Below, in pieces: positions 57,121-64,000 of a DNA stretch of 64,000 bases. A model generated the notes under the pieces. That model had not been told where the DNA came from and did not search any database. It saw nothing but the letters and a program-made list of their open reading frames with translations. The position numbers were made by a program, and so were the translations under genes. The stretch spans positions 1,760,001 to 1,824,000 of the forward strand of contig OY970340.1 of assembly GCA_963717465.1 (NCBI GenBank), written 5' to 3'. Each line of letters starts with the position of its first letter. The first letter of the stretch is position 1. The stretch comes from Candidatus Bathyarchaeota archaeon (GTDB lineage Archaea; Thermoproteota; Bathyarchaeia; Bathyarchaeales; Bathycorpusculaceae).

Positions 57121-57284
57121 CGCGCATAGATGGAACCTGTGTTCCAACGCCTTTTTTTAGCCTTTTTTGTTAGGCATTCACCCATTATAAAATCTGCATC
57201 TACTACTCTCGATATTTGCGCAAACGCTGGCTCAAAAGCTGTTCTTTTGCCATATCTATAGTTTGTCATTCATTTGCGTTAGAG

Positions 57285-57556
57285 AAATCAGAGATACATG
57301 ACTGCACAATAATTCTGGGTGATTACCTATGCAAAATGGGCTTCTTGACAAAAAATTGATTGATGACATAGAAAAAGCCAAGCAAACCAGAGTTGACATG
57401 CAATACTACGTTGCCCAAGAACTCAGCGAACGAGAAATTAAACGCACTGTTGAAGCCTCACGTAAATTTGTGCTAGACGTTGAAAAAGAGATGATGAATC
57501 TTACTGTTGAACAGATTGAAAACATTAATAAAATACGTTTCTCACGTAATTTTTAA
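57285..57556 (+). pseudogene. HEPN-domain gene, 3' half
   Basis: KSEIHDCTIILGDYL then (1-bp shift) NGLLDKKLIDDIEKAKQTRVDMQYY (R-x4-Y). Confidence 0.7.
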
Positions 57557-57712
57557 AAAATATTTTTTGCAAAACTGCGTTTTTTCGTTAACCTGATTGA
57601 TTTCACACGACTCTGTGTCTGGCATATCAAAGTTTTACAGACAATTTGAGAATATTATGCTGATGCATTTTTACTGCCCTGACTTGGGAAACCGTCGTTA
57701 GCGCGTGCGTGC

Positions 57713-57816
57713 TTGAAATTTTATAGGTCTGTTAGTATTATATAACCTGAGCGGTTAGTCAGAGCAGGAAGCGCGCCCAAGCGCGAGCAACTGGCTAAGG
57801 AAGTTTGAAAGGAGAG
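57713..57816 (+). promoter_or_regulatory. promoter, leader hairpin and strong SD of the acetylene-hydratase-like gene
   Basis: TTGAAA-N17-TATTAT overlapping TTATATAA; hairpin 57755..57798; AAAGGAGAG. Confidence 0.5.
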
Positions 57817-57824
57817 TAAGCCAT

Positions 57825-60071
57825 ATGTCTGAAATCAAGAATGTGATTTGTGCAGTCTGTGACAAAGGATGCCCGCTTAAGGTCAAAGTAAACAACAATA
57901 AAATGGTTAGCGCCCAGGGACTTATGGATTCCAAAGTTATATGCATGAAACCTCAATTTGCAAATGATTACATCAATCATCCGCAAAGATTATTGTATCC
58001 ACTGAAGAACGTAGGCTCAAGAAGAGGAGAGCAAAAATGGAAACGTATCACTTGGGAACAAGCATTAGATGAAATTGCATTTAAGCTGGAAAAAATTATA
58101 AAAAAATATGGACCGGAATCATTCGCCGTTTCTACATTGCCAGTTAATGCAGGGGTAGATCAGGGAATGGTTCGAAGATTAATGAATCTGCTTGGTAGTC
58201 CGAACTGGATGAGCGGTTTATCGATGTGTATGGGTAATACTGCGCAGGTTCACAGAACTACTTTAGGCTGGTTCCCAATGGGTGATTATACACATGCAAA
58301 ATGCATTGTATATATTGGTCATAATCCACATGAACAAAACTGGGTGATGGAATACTATCAGCTATTGCAGGCTAAGGAACGAGGTGCAAAACTCATTGTT
58401 CTTGATCCACGCAAGTCACAGTGTGCAAATCTTGCTGACCTCTATTTACCCCTCCGTTATGGCACAGATGCCGCGATGCTCTTAGGTTGGCTGAATATAA
58501 TTATTAACGAAGAGCTTTATGACAAAAAGTTTGTTAAAAAATGGACAATTGGCTTTGACGAACTTAAGGAAAGAGTGCAGGACTATCCATTGGAAAAGGT
58601 TGCCAAAATAACCGACTGCAAGGCTGAGGATATCAAAAAAGCAGCCATGATGTATGCGACACAAGGACCTTCAATCATCCCTTGGAGTGTTAATTTTGAC
58701 ATGAATGTAAACAGTACATCCCTTATCCGCTGTCATAGTATTCTGGCTGCCATCTGTGGATATCTAAACAAAAGCGAAATGCTGGGCTATCTAAATCCTG
58801 ATGTTGTGACAATTTCAGAAGTAGAAATGCATGAAGCATTGCCTGACGAAAAGAAAAAGATACAGTTGGGAACCAAGACTTATCCATTATTTACTTATGA
58901 AGGCTTGAAAAAACTGAATGAACCCTCTAAAAGAGTGTATGGACGGGAGTACTGCAATGTTATATCCAGTTTCATGGCGCACCCACCTACGGTATTTAAG
59001 GCAATGCGAACTGGATCGCCATATGCTGTTAAGGCATTTTTTATCTTGGGCGGAAATCCACTGATGGGATATGCCAATCAGCAAGGTGTTTTTGAGGCAA
59101 TGAAAAATCAGGAACTGATTGTGAGCTTTGATCACCTATTAAATCCGTCAGCTCAATTGGCTGATTATGTCTTGCCTGGGGATGCTTGGCTGGAAAGACC
59201 ATCCTTATTTCCGCTATTCGATTTAGCGCCAATAGCCATTCCTTTTCAGCAAGCCCTTGTGTCTCCTGGAGAGTGCAAAGACTTGTATTTCTTCATTAAG
59301 GGTTTAGCGGATCGGTTGGGGTTAAAGGAATATTTTCCATGGAATAATCTTGTTGAGTTTATGGAATACAGAATTCAAAAATCAGGACTGAAATGGGAAG
59401 CATATGAAGAAACGCCGTTGAAGGAGTTAATGACTATATCTCAATTGTTTTCGCCATTTATGATGAAAAAGCCCATTACGAATAAAGCGATTTCAAAGGT
59501 CGGATTCATGCTGTCGTTGCCTTTTACAAAAGGTGTAGGGGTTGCCACTCCTTCGGGAAAAGTTGAGTTGAAAAGTAGTATTCTCGAAGGGCTTGGATAT
59601 GATTCGTTGCCTTATTATAAAGAACCACAACAAACCCCGATTTCAAATCCAAAGCTGGCTAAAGAGTACCCGTTGACACTGTTCATAGGATTGAGAGAAG
59701 GACCATACTATAATACCAATCTGCGTCATGTTGAAGGTTTAAGAAAGCAGTTGCCTAATCCCCTTGCTCTGATTCACCCGTCGGATGCTGCAAAATATGA
59801 TATTCAAGCAGGCGATTGGATTTGGGTTGAAACCACTCATGGCAAGGTTAAAATGATGGCGCAGCTTGATGAAGTTCAACCGGCTGGAACAATTCGCGTC
59901 CCACATGGATGGTGGTTGCCTGAGTTGGAACCTGGAGAGAAAACCGGATTTTCAGGTGCCATGTGGCATAATGATGGGTTGGTCATCAGTGATGATGATT
60001 GGAATCTTGACCCTGAACAGGGATTGCCAAATCTGAGAGGCGGATTACTGGCCAAGGTTTCGAAAATATAA
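57825..60071 (+). CDS. acetylene hydratase-like W/Mo-bis-PGD enzyme (DMSO reductase family)
   Basis: C9-x2-C12-D13-x2-C16...C40-M-K42; GSPNW...MC135MGNT; LRYGTDAA; TPSGKVEL; DDDWNLDPEQGLPNLRGG. Confidence 0.9.
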   Translation: MSEIKNVICAVCDKGCPLKVKVNNNKMVSAQGLMDSKVICMKPQFANDYINHPQRLLYPLKNVGSRRGEQKWKRITWEQALDEIAFKLEKIIKKYGPESFAVSTLPVNAGVDQGMVRRLMNLLGSPNWMSGLSMCMGNTAQVHRTTLGWFPMGDYTHAKCIVYIGHNPHEQNWVMEYYQLLQAKERGAKLIVLDPRKSQCANLADLYLPLRYGTDAAMLLGWLNIIINEELYDKKFVKKWTIGFDELKERVQDYPLEKVAKITDCKAEDIKKAAMMYATQGPSIIPWSVNFDMNVNSTSLIRCHSILAAICGYLNKSEMLGYLNPDVVTISEVEMHEALPDEKKKIQLGTKTYPLFTYEGLKKLNEPSKRVYGREYCNVISSFMAHPPTVFKAMRTGSPYAVKAFFILGGNPLMGYANQQGVFEAMKNQELIVSFDHLLNPSAQLADYVLPGDAWLERPSLFPLFDLAPIAIPFQQALVSPGECKDLYFFIKGLADRLGLKEYFPWNNLVEFMEYRIQKSGLKWEAYEETPLKELMTISQLFSPFMMKKPITNKAISKVGFMLSLPFTKGVGVATPSGKVELKSSILEGLGYDSLPYYKEPQQTPISNPKLAKEYPLTLFIGLREGPYYNTNLRHVEGLRKQLPNPLALIHPSDAAKYDIQAGDWIWVETTHGKVKMMAQLDEVQPAGTIRVPHGWWLPELEPGEKTGFSGAMWHNDGLVISDDDWNLDPEQGLPNLRGGLLAKVSKI

Positions 60072-60184
60072 AATGAAATGATTTTGATAATCCAATAAAA
60101 CTTGCTGTTAAACTTTAATGAACAGTAACCCAAATGGAATTTTATGCAGCATCATTAAAATTTTAAATCAACCACTTTTTATTG

Positions 60185-60592
60185 TTATAGGTCTCTTTGT
60201 TCTAACAAATAAAGCGAGTTTACTGCAAAGGGAACATGCCAGTGTGAAAAGAACCCTCTAACAGTTGCAACTGCCCCAACAGCACTTTTCTGACTCAACG
60301 TATCATCTGGGTTTTTGTTCAATGGCTGTTTAAGCACCCATTGCTTGAATGACAAAACCTTATGCTCCCATTTGTAACGCTGCTCGTCATGGCTTGTCCC
60401 GATATTACGCGTTGAAGTAGGTTGGTGAGACCGCTTTATTGGGTCCCAAGCGCGTATGATTTCTTTTAGTGCTTCCACTTCGTTGGTTTGCGTTTTCTTT
60501 GCTATACAAAGTCCTGATGATGCGTATACGTTTCGGAGTTTATCCATTCCGATGCTTTGGATGTCGTGGTAGGTATCTACAGTGTGTCCCAT
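60185..60592 (-). pseudogene. tyrosine integrase fragments
   Basis: MGHTVDTYHDIQ...LRNVYASSGL...EALKEIIRAW (C-terminal catalytic GH/Y region) joined to an N-terminal-like piece SQKSAVGAVATVRGFF. Confidence 0.55.
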
Positions 60593-60603
60593 TAACGGTT
60601 CGA

Positions 60604-60639
60604 GGTGGGATTCCCAACCACCAACAGTTATATCTAATT
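60604..60639 (+). promoter_or_regulatory. shared operator + BRE/TATA, copy 1
   Basis: GGTGGGATTCCCAACCACCAACAGTTATATCTAATT. Confidence 0.75.
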
Positions 60640-60667
60640 TGCGTTCTAAAATGATAGGTGTAATTAT

Positions 60668-61498
60668 TTGAAAAAACTAGCTTCAATTCTCTTCACTAGA
60701 ATTCCATTGGAGGGTAACACTAAAACAAGGCTCACATTAAAAGAAGAAGGTGGGATTCTAACGTCTGAAGAAGCTGCAACATTCTATAAGGCTTCAATGA
60801 TGGATGTAATTGAAGTCTTTATAAAAGTTATAAAATCATTTAATGAAGAAAAACCCAACTTGGAAAACAAGTTATTCATTGCTTATGAACCTAAAGAAAA
60901 AGAAGAAAATCTAAAAAGAATACTTGAAAAATCGGATCTGCAAGGTTTATCAAATGATTCGATAGAGCTTTTTGCAACGAGCGGCAACAATTTCAATGAG
61001 CGTATTGCTATGTCTTTTGAATATGTTTTCAAAAAGGGTTATGAATCGGCAGTTATGGTTGGAGGAGACCACCCGCTTATTCAGCCACGCGTTATTAAGG
61101 AAGCATTTGAGCATCTTGAAAGATTGGAGAGACAATACCATAGAGGAGCAATCGTTGCTGGGCCATGCATAGCAGCAGGTCTTTATTTAATTGCACAAAC
61201 AAGCAACGTGCCCATTGACTTCAGAGATGTCTTCTATAATACTCAGGGTATAACATCCTTGGAAGTTTATACCAAAAAAGCCATTGATACACAAGTTCCT
61301 TTTGCAATCCTCGAATTGGTTACCGACGTTGATGTGCCATCTGATTTAGCTGCTTTAGTAGTGAATCTTAGATCTATGGATTACGCTTCTGAATTTCAAC
61401 CAAGCCTCAATCTGCCACGGCATACACTATGGTTCATAAAAAAACTCAACCTTAGTATAATTACCCCTCCAAACCAAAGAGATATAACGCTTCATTAG
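60668..61498 (+). CDS. DUF2064 / CofC-like GT-A nucleotidyl- or glycosyltransferase
   Basis: FTRIPLEGNTKTRL, VMVGGDHP, AGPC..AGLYLI, LVTDVDVPSDL. Confidence 0.78.
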   Translation: MKKLASILFTRIPLEGNTKTRLTLKEEGGILTSEEAATFYKASMMDVIEVFIKVIKSFNEEKPNLENKLFIAYEPKEKEENLKRILEKSDLQGLSNDSIELFATSGNNFNERIAMSFEYVFKKGYESAVMVGGDHPLIQPRVIKEAFEHLERLERQYHRGAIVAGPCIAAGLYLIAQTSNVPIDFRDVFYNTQGITSLEVYTKKAIDTQVPFAILELVTDVDVPSDLAALVVNLRSMDYASEFQPSLNLPRHTLWFIKKLNLSIITPPNQRDITLH

Positions 61499-61974
61499 AG
61501 GGTAACAGATACTGGAATACACGCTTAAGACTTAGAATAATTGGCACTTAATGACCTTCAGAATTTAGCCTCGTATAAAAAGAACAAGAGAAAGGAAAAG
61601 CGAACGGTTTAAGGTAATGCCTGAACAAAGAATAGTGGTAAAGGATGGCTGCATTACTTGAATCTCAGAGAAGTTAAAAACAGAACAAGAGATTCTTGAT
61701 TGGCTTAAGTCAAACTTTGGTGAGAGCTCGAATCTGTTTATCTCTGAACTGGATTTGTACTTTCCTCAAATTGATAAATATTTCCATTTTCTTGAATCTG
61801 TAAACGATCTCTTACTTTCAATGGATAAACTCTCAGAAGAAGCGTCTGAAATACTCAAAAATTATTATCCATTTTCAAGTTGTTAATAATATTTTTTGGA
61901 TATTTTTTCTTTGAGTTCTATTGCGCGCTGGCATTTCATAACTCTCAAAATTCTGCATAACGCAAGTGGTTTGC

Positions 61975-62010
61975 GGTAGGATTCCCAACCACCAACCATT
62001 ATATCTGATT
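61975..62010 (+). promoter_or_regulatory. shared operator + BRE/TATA, copy 2
   Basis: GGTAGGATTCCCAACCACCAACCATTATATCTGATT; 32/36 identical to copy 1. Confidence 0.75.
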
Positions 62011-62089
62011 GCCTGAATAGACCCCTTTGTAGGAGATAAGAACCTATTAAAAATATAAAAGGTGAAAAAAAACGAAAGACACTACTGAA

Positions 62090-64000
62090 ATGACTGAGCA
62101 AAAGAAGTTCTTATGTGCATTCTGTGGAGTTCAGTGTGAAATCCTTGCTACTGTTACAAAAGATGGATTCCTGACTGCTGTCGAGCCTCGGCCCGATCAT
62201 CCAATTAGCCCCGGAGCATATTGTCGAAGGTGGACTTATTATACAGAATACCTATACAAATCAGACCGCCTCAAATATCCTATGAAGAGAGTTGGAAAAC
62301 GAGGCGAAGGCAAGTGGCAGATAATTTCATGGGAACAAGCATTTGACGAAATAGGTGCTAGACTCAGGGAGATAATTGCGAAATACGGCTCAGAAGCAAT
62401 ATACGTTTGGCACGGAACATCCCGTGGAAACCCATATGCAGGAGATACAAAGTTCGTTCGCGCAATCGGAAGCCCAGCTATCGGAGCTCCTGGAGCTGAA
62501 ATCTGATTTGCGCCCAACGTCCGTAGTTTAGGGATAACTTACGGCGTTGGACAATGCCTATCTACAGTGATACCTGGCGTAACGAAATCCATGTATAGCA
62601 CGTTCAATCATACTGAATCAAGTGAATTTATCTGGCCGATGTATCTTCGCGCAATTGAAGCGGGAATGAAGCTTATAACACCAGACCCTAGATTCACTGA
62701 GGTTGTTCGTAATTCTGCCCTCTGGCTTCAGATAAGACCAGGTACGGATGCTGCACTCAACTTGGGCATAGCACATGTGCTCATCGAGGAAAATCTCTAT
62801 GACAAAGAGTTCGTGGAGAAATGGTGTTATGGTTTCGAGCAATTGAAGGAACGCGTCAAAAACTACACACCTGAGAAAGTTGAGGAGATCACTTGGGTTC
62901 CAGCGGACAAAATCAGAGAGGCAGCAAGGACACTGGCAAACAACAAACCACAGTCGGTTCCATTACTAAACTATGGACATACTGAGCCATTCTCAAATAG
63001 CTGGGGAATCAATCGTTCGCGGCACATTCTACCCGCGCTGCTCGGAACCGTTGACGAAGAAGCTGGCGAAACGATGCCAAGCAAACCAAAATGGCGCACT
63101 CTCGAAGATTTCGACGAGCCTGACATCATGCCCATGGGACAAAGAAAGAAATTCCTGAATACTTGGAAAAATCACAAATTCGGAATGGTAGGCTGGGAAG
63201 TTCAAGAATTAATTGGTCAAGCCCAAACCAGAGGATACTGGAAAGGAAACCCATATCTTGGATGCACAGAAGTACATGGATACTTAATGACTCCTTGGAA
63301 TCTAGTAACTCGGTCTGTTCTCGAAGGCAAACCCTACCCTATAAAAGCTTTCATAGGACATCAAGGTTCTGCTCTCAGATGCGGACCCAACCAGAAACAG
63401 GCTCTTGAAGCACTGAAACAAATCGAATTCTACGTTAACATGGACACTTCAGTCATGACTCCCGATGCGATGATGGCAGACTATGTATTACCAGCTGCAA
63501 GTACAGCTGAAAGACCCATGGTCGACCTTATGATTAGTAATGCTTCAGAAATGATCTTTAACGCAAGTGCAGACGCGGTTATTCCGAAGAAAATACCAGG
63601 TCTGTGGGATCACAAGGAAGACTATGAAATGTGGCGGGAATTTACAAAGGCAATCAAGGGTCAAAAATGGATAGATGAGCACTGGCCTCAAAAGAACTAT
63701 TACGAACATTATGAGTGGGTATTCAAACCGGCAGGTATGACGCTTAAAGAAGTCGCTGAGAAGACCCCTATCCTTCCAATATTGGAACCAAGAAGATACG
63801 CGTTGCCAGACTCAGAAACTGGTGAGCCAAGAGGATTCGGAACACCCTCTGGAAAGGTCGAACTATACTCAACAATAGCTGAGAAAGTCGGATGCGACCC
63901 AATGGGTAACCATACAGATCCAGCAGCAAGTCCTTACAGCACGCCAGATATCGCAGCGGAATATCCATTTATTCTGACAACTGGAGCTAGACATGGAGAA
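62090..64000 (+). CDS. DMSO-reductase-family molybdopterin oxidoreductase with in-frame TGA at codon 139 (putative selenocysteine); runs off the window
   Basis: CAFCGVQC...C [4Fe-4S] motif; after TGA 62504..62506 the same frame stays open to 64000 with PDPRFT, IRPGTDAAL, ADYVLPAA, TPSGKVELYS, YPFILTTGAR. Confidence 0.88.
62514..62550 (+). promoter_or_regulatory. SECIS-like hairpin (bacterial type) just 3' of the in-frame UGA
   Basis: CCAACG/CGTTGG, CCGT/ACGG, AGTT/AACT stems, bulged U, GGGA apical loop. Confidence 0.6.

Noticed and set aside
57755..57798. Hairpin as an archaeal 5'-UTR SECIS
   Set aside because: It has a GAA-containing internal loop, but the downstream gene encodes Cys and has no UGA; too weak to call
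61500..61885. Coding-like fragment (..EILDWLKSNFGE..)
   Set aside because: No start, upstream stops, no recognisable family; probably a decayed gene
62504..62506. Genome-wide UGA reassignment
   Set aside because: TGA terminates other genes here (rpl30e, the GT2 gene) and no other long gene shows an internal TGA

Overview
Archaeal chromosome segment, most likely Bathyarchaeia (TACK), judged from the unsplit 1280-aa Rpo1, the archaeal 16S rRNA, an intron-containing tRNA and secreted proteins with C-terminal anchors. Core loci: rpoB-rpo1-rpl30e-nusA; dtdA-secE-spt5-rpl11-rpl1-rpl10; DNA ligase, trxA, argF; and a 16S gene with no linked 23S. Accessory loci: a polyphosphate cluster (ppk1, CHAD-metallophosphoesterase-HD fusion, ppx, CYTH), an anchored GH5, a tRNA-Leu(CAA) with two introns next to an att-bounded mini defence island, an SMC5/6-like SMC-kleisin-KITE operon, and a ~3,100-aa Ig-repeat surface protein sitting inside a split HEPN gene. 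The most striking part is the right end. It holds an acetylene-hydratase-like W/Mo enzyme that keeps Asp13, a DUF2064/CofC-like transferase, and a second DMSO-reductase-family gene. The second gene has an in-frame TGA at the metal-liganding Cys position, followed immediately by a bacterial-type SECIS-like hairpin, so it is a candidate selenoenzyme in a lineage I do not know to use Sec. The transferase and the TGA gene share a 36-bp promoter/operator. Several 1-bp frameshifts (including one in rpl1) look like sequencing indels. Family calls come from motif recognition and recall; no database search was run.
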